Shown in pieces: positions 48,401 through 57,015 of a stretch of 64,000 nucleotides of DNA. Numbering within the stretch: position 1 is the stretch's first letter; every line of letters starts with the position of its first letter. Position numbers and translations under genes: made by a program. Origin of the DNA: an uncultured virus (IMG/VR IMGVR_UViG_3300009152_002325) (lineage: Duplodnaviria > Heunggongvirae > Uroviricota > Caudoviricetes); IMG/VR virus record IMGVR_UViG_3300009152_002325. One strand, 5' to 3'. The notes under the pieces were generated by a model. It had not been told where the DNA came from. It was given only the letters and a program-made list of their open reading frames with translations, and searched no databases.

Positions 48401-51400
48401 TCCTGTTGCATTAATGACATGGCGCCCATAGAGCCAGCCATTCCGATACCCATTTGGGCACCCATGCCCATTCCGCCTCTTACCCTAGTGTCAATTCCTG
48501 CGGCTTTTGCAGCCTTTGTGTCATAGATCTTGCCACTTGCATCCATGAACTCTCTGCGTCTATAGCCATAAGTTCCTACTTTACGACTCTTGACTCCATC
48601 TTCTCCAGAGTCTTTCCAAGCGCCAACTGCTCCAACGTTTCCTACACCAGCGCCTGGGCCAGACATATACATAGGCATCATTTGTCCTGGATATGCGGCA
48701 GACAGCCTCTTAGACTGCTCTCTTAAAATTCCTTCTCTAATAGTTCTTGTAGTTGTTCTTGCAGAGTTTATTCGTTCTTTTGCATAATCTGCATAAGCTG
48801 AACTCAGATATTTTCCTGAATTCATAATTCCGTATCTTAATCCTACTGTGCCTAATTTAATTGAGTCAGTTAAAGATTTAAAAGATTTAGTTATTCCTGC
48901 TGGAAGCTGACCAATTTGTGAAAGTCTTAAGGTGTTTATAGCCTGCTGAGATTGTCCAGTTTGCGATGCACCAAATGCGTTTCCAAAAACTCCAGCTCCG
49001 CCAACATAAGGAATTTGTTGTACTTGCATTTGAGGATTACCCGAAGCTGTATATCCAGATCTAGATACAGGTGTTACTGATCGCTCAGCCTTTAATCTTT
49101 CCTGCTGAGCTCTTTTTGCTGGATTTCCTGATACTCTAGATCCATCTTTTTTACGTCCATAAGCATATCTACTTCTTTGAACAGGGCCTCCACCAACTGG
49201 GCCTCCAGCATTAAGATATTTTGGATTAACGTGCATTGCATGATACTTAGACCAATCAACATCCATTCCTTCTTCAAATCTCTTAAGCAATGCATCATAA
49301 GGCTTTCTATCTTTTTTAGGAAGAGACTTGATATATGACTTTAATTGTGGATATGCGGCTTCCATCTTTTCTTTAATCTTATCGCCATATTCTTTTGCAG
49401 TCATCTTTGCAATAATAGGAGCGGTATCACGAGCAAAATCTTTTCTAGATCCACCCTTGACTTGCAACAAGTTTGCCAGCGCCATCTCTTCCATAGAAGG
49501 CATAGTTTTTGCAAAATCATCATTCATAGATGCTTTAGCTAGGACCCCACCATTACCAACATCTGACAATCTTCTTCCGTGAACATTTGATCTAGACAAA
49601 TCTTTATTTGCAAGAATCATAGAAGCAATAAATTGATCCAGAACTTCATCTTGACTAAACTTTCCAGGCACTGATGTATTTGGATTAATGAAGCCTTCAT
49701 CGTAATCTGACTCTGCTCCAAGAAATCTAGACTTGCCAGTTGGGTCCAGTGGATTGCGAATTGATTTTGCAACTTGAACTGGAGTTTCAAGACCTAGGAT
49801 TCTTCCAATTTCTGTTCCACGCATTTCTGCTGTTAAGCTAGGTTCATTTGGAACCGCTTTAAAGAACACCTTTTTCTTTTCTTCGTTTTGATAAACCCCA
49901 GCAACTCCAGGAACTGGGAAACTTCTTCCTGTGCTTGGTGTTAGCAAATGACTATACGATGCTGGAATATATCCAGCAGGCGTTACAGCTGACATTTCAC
50001 GAGCTTGCTGCAAAATCTTAAGTTGTTGTGCTGGTGCTAATAGTCTTAGAGCTGGTGATACAAATCCATAATTTTTTCTGCTTCTTGATATATGACCACC
50101 TGGAATCATTCCGCCAGAATTCCATGCTCCCGATACAAGAACTGGTCTTGGAGGTCTTCCAGCCAATATCCATTTTGATCTTTTTACTGCTGCTTCTAAA
50201 AGCATGCCTAAAGAATTTTTTTGATCTTTATTTGCTCTTACTACTCTGCCAGATTCCCAGTCAGCCTTGCTTTTAATTTTCCCATCATCTTGTAGTGCTG
50301 CATATATATCGTCTACGCTTGCAAACTTGTCCAAACCTGTTTTCTTTAATGCTATGGCAAGGTTTTCTTTTGCATCTGCTGAACTTAAGTTTAAAACATC
50401 TCTTGATAACCCTATAGTTTCAAGTGTGCTCATTACATTATTTATACCAGCAGGTATTACAGCACCAACCCCCATATAACCACTGGTTGTATACCCAACT
50501 AAATCTTTACGTGCAAAATGTGCTTTGTCGTGCAGTCCACCAATAGATGGGGACCCATCAGATGCATTTAAAAATGTTGTTGGAGCAATTGCTGCTATAA
50601 GATCATGCACTCCAGCAAATTTTTTATTTGCTAGCATTGCTTTTCTAACGTCATTTAGTTGCCAGTTTAAAGCTTTGCTACTACTTCTTGGGTATACCGT
50701 TTTCCCATCTTTTTCGAAGCCCTCTGCATCTTTAACACGGGGAACCATGCCATCTCTTTCTAGTCCCTGGACCTGCTTAATTCTTATTTTTACAAAATTT
50801 TCATCGCTTCCGCCAGCTTGAGCCTTAGCCTTATCAAAATTGCTTGTTGCAATATTTATAGCTTTATCAATTGGCAACTTATTGTGATAAGATAATTCAG
50901 CGGCGTCAAGCATGATCATTCTTACTCTTATATCATCTTCATATCTTGGGTTATTAATAAACTTTAGATACTCTCTATACTGTCTCTTAAAGTTTTGTTC
51001 TTTCATTCTAGCTTGAGCAGATTTAGACATCTTTTTACCGTATGAATTTACGCCCTTCATTATCTGCCCGCCAAAACTATATCCGTTATTGGCTGCATCC
51101 ACTGCTGCATATAGATCAGGCATTCTTTGTATCTGAGGACCAAAGACTGTTTCCCGTGGAGTAAGTGCTGCTGTTATGCTTCCGCCATCGTTTAAGTAGG
51201 TAGATGGAGCCATTGCAACTAATGCAGCATTTGCTGGATCCATTGAGGCTTGCTGATTTAAAACATATCCGCCTAGAGGAACGCTTCCCAATCTATCATC
51301 ATAACCAATTGAAGAAGGTCCAGAAACCATAGTCTTGCTTGGACCAAATGATTCTATGTCTCCACCGATGTTAAACTTAGGCAGCCTTGTTGTCTGAATA

Positions 51401-54069
51401 CTATATGGTGCTCCAAAAGTTCTAACACCACGTAGTCTTCCAAATTCTTCCATGACAGAAGCATTTGTTTTTTTCTTATAAAGATCTCTTAATGTAAACT
51501 GACCATTTGCATCAACAACTGGTTGGTCCATCATAGGAGCTCTTGTTAAATCAATTCTTCTTCCTCGACCAGCGGCATATGCTGTTACTGCAGAGCCCAT
51601 ATCTGCTTCTATCTGTGCATTAAGTGCAAGTATTCTTGCCTTAGCTTGCTCAACTGTTATTTCTGCATTTCTCATTTGTTGCACAATAGATGCTGATTGC
51701 GTTGCGGCACTATCTGCAAATCTTTTAGTTATAGGCAGAATATCATCAAATGTGTCTAGCAGCTCTGCGCTTACAGTTCCACCCATAGCAATTGTCTTTT
51801 TGAGCATTGCAACTTCTTGTTCTGTCTGCATTCCTAGTGTTGCCATTAATGCATGGAACTTAGCTGCTTCTCCTGGAACAATTCCTGTTGATATTCCCTT
51901 TACGCTTGTTAGTCCTTCAATGTTTGGAAGCCTATCGTGCATGTACATTTGAGGAGTTCTTGATATGCCTCTATTAACTGGGATAGCTCCTGGGACTCCG
52001 CCAAATATAGTTGCAGGATTATTTAGATCTCTTGGTCTAATATGAGACATTGCTCTAGTGTTAGGATCTCCAACATATGGATCGTTAGGGTCTACAACTC
52101 TTCTTCCGCCAACCATCACTGGGTTACCAGCAACAGTGCTAACTCCTCCATTTACTGGAACTGCATTTTTCATTGATGCCGCTTGTAGACTTTGATAATC
52201 TAAAACAAGCTTTTGTAACGCATTGTGAAGAACTTGAGCTGCTGCTGCATCTGAATAAAATGCATTTTCAACCATAAGTGCTGCTTTTTCAGCAGCAATA
52301 ATTTCTGGAGTAAGCATCTTCCAGCCATTGGCCTTCATAAAGAATGCTCTTAGTTGAACAACTCCCTTAGTTATATATCCAAAGAAGTTTGCAAGCACAC
52401 CAGTTAACATAATAAGAGGACCAACCAGTGCTGTAAATCCAGCTAAAAATGTTAATCCCTTTTTAATTGGGTCAGGCAACTTAGTAAAGAAATCTAAAAT
52501 CTTTGTAGCTGCGCTTATAAGCTTGGTAGCAACTCCAAGAAACTCTTCTCCAACATCTGCAAGCTCTGCTTTAAGGCCTTCTATAGCCCTCTTGTATTTA
52601 CCAGATGCGGACTCTGTAACCATTTTTAATTCTCGGCTAGCAACTGCTGCTAAATCTGAAGTGCTTGCTTTCATTAAATCTAAAACTTGAAGAGTCTGGC
52701 TACCCTGCTTTCCTAAGTTGTTAAGCAATGCGCTCATTCTTGCAAATTGGAACTTACCAAACATTTGCTCCATTGCTCTTGCTTTACTTAATGGATCTAA
52801 ACCATCAAGAGCTTTCTGCAAATCCATAAGCAAGCCAGTTGTATTTCCAGTATTTTTTGCAACCATTCCCATTACATCTATGCCAAAATCTGACATCATG
52901 CCAACTGTTTGTTTTGTTGGGTTAATAAGTGATGCTAGACCAGACTTTAAAGCATTGGCGCCTTCTGATGCGCTAATTCCACCTTCTCTCATTGCAGTTA
53001 AATAGAGAGCTAAATCTTTAACACTTCCTCCAAGCTGTTGAATTACTGGTCCAGCTTTTGGGATAGCCTCTACTAGGTCATTAAGAGTTGTTGAAGTTTG
53101 GTTTTCAACTGCGTTGAGAAAGTTAATTGATTCAGTTAGTTGTTGAGTATTTTGCTTAAAAGCTGTCTGAATAGAAAGAGTTGCTTTCATTGCATCTTGT
53201 CTATCTACTTCACCGAGTATTGCTAGTCTTGTTGTTTCTGCAATTGATCCAAGGAGCTCGTCACCAGTTTGTCCTGTTGCCGCGATATCAGCACCTAGCG
53301 CAATAGTTTCTTTAAAAGATGCACCCATTGTCTTAGATAAAACTTTTGCTGTTTCAACAACTTCTTCTCTAATTGCTCTTAAATCTGAAGCGGATGTAGC
53401 TGCAAGACCGCCATAAACTTTTGTTAATCTTACAAGCTCTGCGTCTGCTTCTCTAAATGCTTTTCCAGCTGCCGCTCCAAACATAGTTAGAGGAACTGTG
53501 AGTCCTACGGTAAGCTGTCTACCTGCCCACTGAGTATTTTTACCCCAGTTAATTAAAGACCCTGCTCCTTCAGATAATGCACGATTCATAATCTGCATTT
53601 CCATGCGAGCTAATTTTCCGCTATTTGCTATTGCATCTAAGCCTCTAGGAATCATTACATTGTATTGCATTAAACCTTGAGCATTTCTGCCCAGAGGTTG
53701 CAGTACTGAATTTTGAAGCATTACCTGTTCTTTGGCAAGCTCCCTGATCATACCCTTTTGAGTTGTAGAGTGCTCTCTAAATGTTTGGAAATAGTTCTTA
53801 AGCTTTAGTCTACCAGCATCTAAGTTTTTACCAAATTTATCTACATCAGAATTAAGGTTTACAAAGTGGCTGGAGAACTGTCCGCTTCCAGTTAAGGTAT
53901 CTCTGAATAGATTATTTGCTAATTTTGTTGAAGAAGATATTGCTTTGTTTGATGCAAGGAGTTCTCTTTGTAGTTGCTGGAGACTAGCACTAGCCCTGTG
54001 TACTTCAGACACAAGGCTAGACAAGTCGGCTTTGGCGACTATACTGGTTACAATTTGTTCGTCAGCCAT
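42466..54069 (-). CDS. Giant tape measure protein with embedded enzyme-like domains
   Basis: Follows frameshifted chaperones; TP901-like N-terminal TMP core (GRQLTVGLTVPL, EGANALKS.L..L.NP); GPGTGTSDSIPAMLSDGEYVI motif; 3867 aa. Confidence 0.93.
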   Translation of the reverse strand: MADEQIVTSIVAKADLSSLVSEVHRASASLQQLQRELLASNKAISSSTKLANNLFRDTLTGSGQFSSHFVNLNSDVDKFGKNLDAGRLKLKNYFQTFREHSTTQKGMIRELAKEQVMLQNSVLQPLGRNAQGLMQYNVMIPRGLDAIANSGKLARMEMQIMNRALSEGAGSLINWGKNTQWAGRQLTVGLTVPLTMFGAAAGKAFREADAELVRLTKVYGGLAATSASDLRAIREEVVETAKVLSKTMGASFKETIALGADIAATGQTGDELLGSIAETTRLAILGEVDRQDAMKATLSIQTAFKQNTQQLTESINFLNAVENQTSTTLNDLVEAIPKAGPVIQQLGGSVKDLALYLTAMREGGISASEGANALKSGLASLINPTKQTVGMMSDFGIDVMGMVAKNTGNTTGLLMDLQKALDGLDPLSKARAMEQMFGKFQFARMSALLNNLGKQGSQTLQVLDLMKASTSDLAAVASRELKMVTESASGKYKRAIEGLKAELADVGEEFLGVATKLISAATKILDFFTKLPDPIKKGLTFLAGFTALVGPLIMLTGVLANFFGYITKGVVQLRAFFMKANGWKMLTPEIIAAEKAALMVENAFYSDAAAAQVLHNALQKLVLDYQSLQAASMKNAVPVNGGVSTVAGNPVMVGGRRVVDPNDPYVGDPNTRAMSHIRPRDLNNPATIFGGVPGAIPVNRGISRTPQMYMHDRLPNIEGLTSVKGISTGIVPGEAAKFHALMATLGMQTEQEVAMLKKTIAMGGTVSAELLDTFDDILPITKRFADSAATQSASIVQQMRNAEITVEQAKARILALNAQIEADMGSAVTAYAAGRGRRIDLTRAPMMDQPVVDANGQFTLRDLYKKKTNASVMEEFGRLRGVRTFGAPYSIQTTRLPKFNIGGDIESFGPSKTMVSGPSSIGYDDRLGSVPLGGYVLNQQASMDPANAALVAMAPSTYLNDGGSITAALTPRETVFGPQIQRMPDLYAAVDAANNGYSFGGQIMKGVNSYGKKMSKSAQARMKEQNFKRQYREYLKFINNPRYEDDIRVRMIMLDAAELSYHNKLPIDKAINIATSNFDKAKAQAGGSDENFVKIRIKQVQGLERDGMVPRVKDAEGFEKDGKTVYPRSSSKALNWQLNDVRKAMLANKKFAGVHDLIAAIAPTTFLNASDGSPSIGGLHDKAHFARKDLVGYTTSGYMGVGAVIPAGINNVMSTLETIGLSRDVLNLSSADAKENLAIALKKTGLDKFASVDDIYAALQDDGKIKSKADWESGRVVRANKDQKNSLGMLLEAAVKRSKWILAGRPPRPVLVSGAWNSGGMIPGGHISRSRKNYGFVSPALRLLAPAQQLKILQQAREMSAVTPAGYIPASYSHLLTPSTGRSFPVPGVAGVYQNEEKKKVFFKAVPNEPSLTAEMRGTEIGRILGLETPVQVAKSIRNPLDPTGKSRFLGAESDYDEGFINPNTSVPGKFSQDEVLDQFIASMILANKDLSRSNVHGRRLSDVGNGGVLAKASMNDDFAKTMPSMEEMALANLLQVKGGSRKDFARDTAPIIAKMTAKEYGDKIKEKMEAAYPQLKSYIKSLPKKDRKPYDALLKRFEEGMDVDWSKYHAMHVNPKYLNAGGPVGGGPVQRSRYAYGRKKDGSRVSGNPAKRAQQERLKAERSVTPVSRSGYTASGNPQMQVQQIPYVGGAGVFGNAFGASQTGQSQQAINTLRLSQIGQLPAGITKSFKSLTDSIKLGTVGLRYGIMNSGKYLSSAYADYAKERINSARTTTRTIREGILREQSKRLSAAYPGQMMPMYMSGPGAGVGNVGAVGAWKDSGEDGVKSRKVGTYGYRRREFMDASGKIYDTKAAKAAGIDTRVRGGMGMGAQMGIGMAGSMGAMSLMQQEKVLGMSGMTAGLALMGATTIIPMLPWKTMGSAVKSTTTSVVASIKAFKSVKDAISAVGASASNFVTKFKALGTVLAIVLTGLDVWKKYNNAQQDAAMGLSITADGAEQAGIKYFNLNQYLSDYIEKQKLANAAAQGSKNNSIGMPGIPQSVDEMKKAKEEGKVLKDLIESINRTSSTGELQRLINNQKAQYVAGGLSVEQANSMIYGAIANSKKASQAYKLLADQGFGAIEDKSSAAEFAVGNLVKTINGNKSSFSLWKDNIDFQPSDLLNPISFSTNLFDSYGQTFADANAQKKAVVSGFESMIGIVNAGTQALIGTKNAQGDLIDEFEAYQTMLASTEKNIPEFNIPIGKDTYQTLKEMSPELEKIINEFDTLKSIIAKTKLFTSGISIDLKSIDADLAIKLAGFTAAIGSGIADLTAAGNSENTYGATGKVLKRLQESILATSAASQKAAAVSQRNIQEEIKLIAKKISLIEDEKNKKLESLRATQDASNYALELQKLQIEYADAVARGDVSGAARARINIDQLTSNRQADLAEKAIQDEAARLKAIEQKKIDAKQAAADKKAIAFQNRQDNATSAAAVMDVVKGFKATYDEITALRITNSMMPESEAKRKAEGELVGKLSDLLKKVGAAGTGSSETAKAIRESFAQYFNKDGTIKKVYVESPGSPASTTSGVTSTTITTLNKDILKILDRDVALVSSMATQITGGKGYSIKTMTEEIVAALKGTSKTVYGGKSKDVFGMDMLINTLLPSQQGKINKFAKEKGYKAGQQFTLKESNGILKEFIVLNDGTVKFVKNTSPTYAIGGKVTGPGTGTSDSIPAMLSDGEYVIKASSVAKYGVETLDALNAQRLHKGGPVGHRHGRNLPGSLFKWKSYPEDMPDYWSDGSPSGSPYTQRWGALRYGPAKGKDIWGGTEIPGLRFDGKIANRSDYWHQIAEQPVKYSGPGMGLDKDPMRYAGSGASMSGIGNGVYGAGSWLTFANGGPVGNKNKNGNWFSRFNPVNSISSMLSGMFSFGASKAVNQNVNVQSTMTQQEKDRALLQTAQLLSGYTSAFNLKNSTSPEIAGSQKLGTAADVLGVLPLIGGLSKITKLPGLAAKSKLVTPDINLTPTGPLSSFNAAKYEGKNISAKNMQKFLSDVLGDVSLPAIKEEKLPWNVAGQYVPRFADKSSNYENLLPHILLNSNHKTSGQTAVHETMHHFDFETHNTFKRTLEMLRKSGKYDLADRYESVYVNAEKQQKGLGFATWEDYAIGQKDIDSIAWSNGAAEAFADENTFKAYLNFVNSKSLKDKMLASKIGNTYGPGLGTDNLRGYFKTFRMFEQNALALPLRLNPQFLKGFIDNSPNMPEKTKTIYQMWQEGLQEFNPAAYVSKPEELPNSVQYKKFKDYITSYNLDKAKGYHKGGPVGHKHGNFFSRFNPANVFASITNGMFGFGASKAFNKNISAPKIDQSETDLAALQTAQMLTGYTSAFNLKNKTSPEIFGSQNLGVAADVLGVLPGLGLASKLTRPITKPITSKIAVDAFTPIKVNAKIKETLLGPSALSPYESAMIKAEKLAKAGKFTPIEKLGTVKYEDLLKEARNLTEHTGTFPTPKGDYSFKFKPAQIDQYPPESTFKSGISGIQENMYGNEWVGPMHNIEVYAPDGSVAGNITWDSITGTIRLIGVNHNHRKLGIARFMNEYGASITRIKHSKQRTSDGVGYSEAIGGIMPNMPFISPGKVTLASLVSNAANSRLAALRSKLIPGKPYTPTPYSVPKPSEAQLAYDAQHAARMEKQRLAIKAADQAHYESLMAWRKNPNRTYNSYPFGHGSYVEMIDNKDLLRLMKQGNDVPATWAWENPYLPPIANRAPHSRPGSNIWSENNYGHTSDAAGGYINNTGLNLTNSISTAFSRLGVPQFENGINMVPANMLAMLHKDEAVIPANMNPFNPNASAAVSGSVYNINVELNGTNVTAQDVATQIHREMRLKEMAAGVNRRVGGQ

Positions 54070-54736
54070 TAATTACTCCTAGAATATCCTAACCCTGCGC
54101 CAATTCCAAATCCAGCTTGTGCTGCGAATGGCCCTTGTAATCCAACAACATCATCTGCTGATGCTGTTATACCAAGTGCTCTTCTTTGGATATCTTCAAA
54201 GGTAGAACCTTTTTTTTCTTCTTCTACATCATCATCTAATTGTATTCCTTTTAGTGATGCTGCAAACTTTCTTTGGTTGTGCTCTTTTAGGTTTATCGCT
54301 GTTATGGTTTGAACCAACTCTGGCATCGATAAATTTTCTTCTAGCTCTTCATAATTCTTCCAGTGTCCCAGAAGAAAAACTTGGCCTTCTAAAGCGGCTA
54401 AATCTAGTTCTGACCAGCCAGTACTGCTGCCGCTATCAGGTTTGGGTCGTCCATCTTAATTCCTCCGCAAACTTCAAGGATGCGGTTAATTGTTGGAACG
54501 TCTAATGCTTCTTCTAGCTTGTCTAGGTCTGCAACTAGATCTGGTAGCTGAGTTTCTATTGCAACTCCGCATGCTTCTACCAAAATACCAAGTGTTGCAG
54601 CTTCGTCTTCTGCGTCTTGAACTTTTTTAATTACTTCCATAAACTTTCGTAGTTGCTTGATTGATAATGGCTTGAGCTTTACTTTAGCTCCGCTTTGTAG
54701 TTCAATCTCTTCTACGTCATATACTGTTGTTGCCAT
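54069..54736 (-). CDS. Tail assembly chaperone, long frameshifted form (G-T)
   Basis: -1 frame from 54440 is open into the 54069..54326 ORF (PDSGSSTGWSELDLAALEGQVFLLGHWKNYEELEENLSMPEL...). Confidence 0.8.
54404..54736 (-). CDS. Tail assembly chaperone, short form (G)
   Basis: 110 aa between major tail and TMP; GGAGG RBS. Confidence 0.85.
   Translation of the reverse strand: MATTVYDVEEIELQSGAKVKLKPLSIKQLRKFMEVIKKVQDAEDEAATLGILVEACGVAIETQLPDLVADLDKLEEALDVPTINRILEVCGGIKMDDPNLIAAAVLAGQN
54440..54446 (-). other. -1 programmed frameshift slippery site C CCA AAC
   Basis: X XXY YYZ heptamer in frame near the 3' end of the chaperone ORF. Confidence 0.75.
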
Positions 54737-54796
54737 TGTATCCTCCTTAAGGATCGTCTAAATTATTATAGCATAATCATTATAAGGGTACAACAG

Positions 54797-54824
54797 CAAA
54801 GCCCCCAATTTCTTGGGGGCTTTG
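54797..54824 (-). terminator. Intrinsic terminator after major tail gene
   Basis: CAAAGCCCCCAA-TTTC-TTGGGGGCTTTG 12-bp stem. Confidence 0.8.
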
Positions 54825-54843
54825 ATATTAATTATTAATATAA

Positions 54844-55617
54844 TTAAGCTGATAGAACACGGTCAATAATTTTACCGTACTCTGAACCAATGTGGCTTGC
54901 TTCACCTGATGGGAGAAGACGGAATGTCACTGGGAATGTTGTTGCTGCTGTACGAGCCAAAGAGAACTGTGACTGCTCAACAGACAAAACACGACGTGCA
55001 TAGTATACACGCTCTGTTGTTATATTAGCGCCTGAATCATCTCTTGTTGGAGCTTGTCCAATTGCAATTAGTTGACGCTCTGTTGGAGCTGCACCTAGTG
55101 CGCCTGCTTCCAAGCCTAGTACGTCAACGTCAGAACCCTTTACTAGCGTTGATCCCTTTTGTCCAAATACTGCTAGGATATTTTCTAGAGTACCTTCTGC
55201 CATTTCTGTTGAAATTTGAACCTGCATAGCAGACTTGAAAAGCTTAGCTGTATCGAGCAACTGATCAACAGTTACTGAATCGAATGTTGGCTGGTAGCTG
55301 ATCTGAAGACCGTTATTTGTGTAACCTACGTTACGATATGCTCCACCCTTTTTTGGGTTAGATGCTGTAAACGGAGCTGTTGCTTGTGTAGTAGCTGTGT
55401 CTACAGATACCTTATTTAATGTATCTGTGTAAGACTCTCCTGCTAAGAATGCTGGTACGTAACGGTTTTTATCTGCAACGAAAGCATTTTCTGGGGTTGC
55501 CCCTGCTTCCATGCTATTATCATAACCATTTACGGTTGAATCTTCTACTGACAAAAATAGTGGTGATGCTCCAACAAGAATGTTGCGGGCGTCTCCTGTA
55601 TTTTGATATGTTGCCAT
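54844..55617 (-). CDS. Major tail protein
   Basis: NILVGA, VGYTNNGL, VDQLLD, EGTLENI, FPVTFRLLP; upstream of chaperones; start moved to 55617 (GGAGG RBS). Confidence 0.85.
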   Translation of the reverse strand: MATYQNTGDARNILVGASPLFLSVEDSTVNGYDNSMEAGATPENAFVADKNRYVPAFLAGESYTDTLNKVSVDTATTQATAPFTASNPKKGGAYRNVGYTNNGLQISYQPTFDSVTVDQLLDTAKLFKSAMQVQISTEMAEGTLENILAVFGQKGSTLVKGSDVDVLGLEAGALGAAPTERQLIAIGQAPTRDDSGANITTERVYYARRVLSVEQSQFSLARTAATTFPVTFRLLPSGEASHIGSEYGKIIDRVLSA

Positions 55618-55721
55618 AATTGTATTGCCTCCTGATTTCATATGAAATTAATATATATATTTTGGCTGGCTAGGCCCTTTCCTCTGTTCTAATTTTACTC
55701 TACTATATTATAAAAGGCAAA

Positions 55722-56231
55722 TTAGGCAAACCTGCCCTGGCCATTTGTTATCCTTGAATATTTGACCTCTAATATGACATCTGCTGCATAGAATCCTTGG
55801 ATTTCTTCTGATGGAGCTGTAGATGATATGTCTGCTATATGGATACTATGGAATTTGAATTTATCTGATAACCCCGCCCATTTATTCACATCTCTGGCAG
55901 ATTCATCCATTCTTCTGAATTCATCTGTTAGGAAGTTTCTTATTTCAACAATATCGATAAGTTCTGGAGAATATAGTGTTAGCAGTATTTGCTCGCAGCA
56001 TATCATCCAGTTATTCTCATAAGACATTCCTATCTTGTCGTAGACTATATGCTTCTTACCGCTTAAAAACTGATTCATCTCTGGTTGTTGCTGGACTGGA
56101 ACAATTGGCACAAGAGTCTCATTTAGATTATCTGAATAATATTCTTCCTCGTTGAATATGCCTAACCATGTAAGCCTGTTCCAAAGGAACTTTCTTATTT
56201 CAAACATTGCATCTAATTTATAATTAGCCAT
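55722..56231 (-). CDS. Probable tail terminator protein
   Basis: Position before major tail; start moved to MANYKLD. Confidence 0.6.
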   Translation of the reverse strand: MANYKLDAMFEIRKFLWNRLTWLGIFNEEEYYSDNLNETLVPIVPVQQQPEMNQFLSGKKHIVYDKIGMSYENNWMICCEQILLTLYSPELIDIVEIRNFLTDEFRRMDESARDVNKWAGLSDKFKFHSIHIADISSTAPSEEIQGFYAADVILEVKYSRITNGQGRFA

Positions 56232-57015
56232 GTGATAACCTCGCAAATGCTGATGATGTTGCAGCCTCAGCTTCACTTGCCAATTGATTTGGTGAGAAAC
56301 TATATTTAACTGATTTAACTTGTGCTGGTACACCCAGCGCTCTAGACAATGATGAATTAAATAATCTCTGGAATCCCGATTTTTTTATAGACATATTGAC
56401 TAGCTGTCCAGTAAAGAAATATCTATACTGTGCAAAGAAGGCGTTTTTGGTTGCCGCACCTCCTGGTTTTCTAACAGTAACGGATTCGCCTTTTGGCATA
56501 AATATTGTGTATCCGTCTACATCAAATACCAGCCTTTCAGAAAATCTTGGCCTTATGACTACAGTCTTTCCCTCTTCCATAACAGAAGCTTTTTTTACAA
56601 AGACGTGTTTATTGTTAGAGTTTTCAGATGGTACAAAAGACTTTGAGTCAGTTAGTTCGTAATTAATTTTTAATGATAATCCATCTGCAGGAAGCTTATT
56701 TAATTTAAATAGTCTTGCCTCGCTATCTCCTACTCTTCCCCATTCGTAAACATGGTGAAAAGATTTTGGAGATGTTCTTGCTTTTGCGTCTATATAGTCT
56801 GCAAAGTCGATCTGAACCTGATCAAATATGACACTTCTAAATGCTGATTGAAACTGTGGGTTAGCAGCAAGCTTAGCCATAACATTTGTTTTATAAAATA
56901 AAGCTGCAGATATCTGAGCAACTGTGCTGTCTTTTATTGCACCACTTACTGGCTTATTAGACATTAAATTAACTAATCCGCTTGCTGCTTTAATTGCTAA
57001 AATTTCAGATGCCAA
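56224..57015 (-). CDS. Neck/tail completion protein (hypothetical virion protein)
   Basis: HHVYEW motif; TTG start at 57015 with GGAG RBS. Confidence 0.6.
   Translation of the reverse strand: MASEILAIKAASGLVNLMSNKPVSGAIKDSTVAQISAALFYKTNVMAKLAANPQFQSAFRSVIFDQVQIDFADYIDAKARTSPKSFHHVYEWGRVGDSEARLFKLNKLPADGLSLKINYELTDSKSFVPSENSNNKHVFVKKASVMEEGKTVVIRPRFSERLVFDVDGYTIFMPKGESVTVRKPGGAATKNAFFAQYRYFFTGQLVNMSIKKSGFQRLFNSSLSRALGVPAQVKSVKYSFSPNQLASEAEAATSSAFARLSHG

Noticed and set aside
42466..54069. Reading the whole TMP as a ruler for an exceptionally long tail
   Set aside because: A large part appears to be globular cargo, so tail length cannot be inferred from total length without EM
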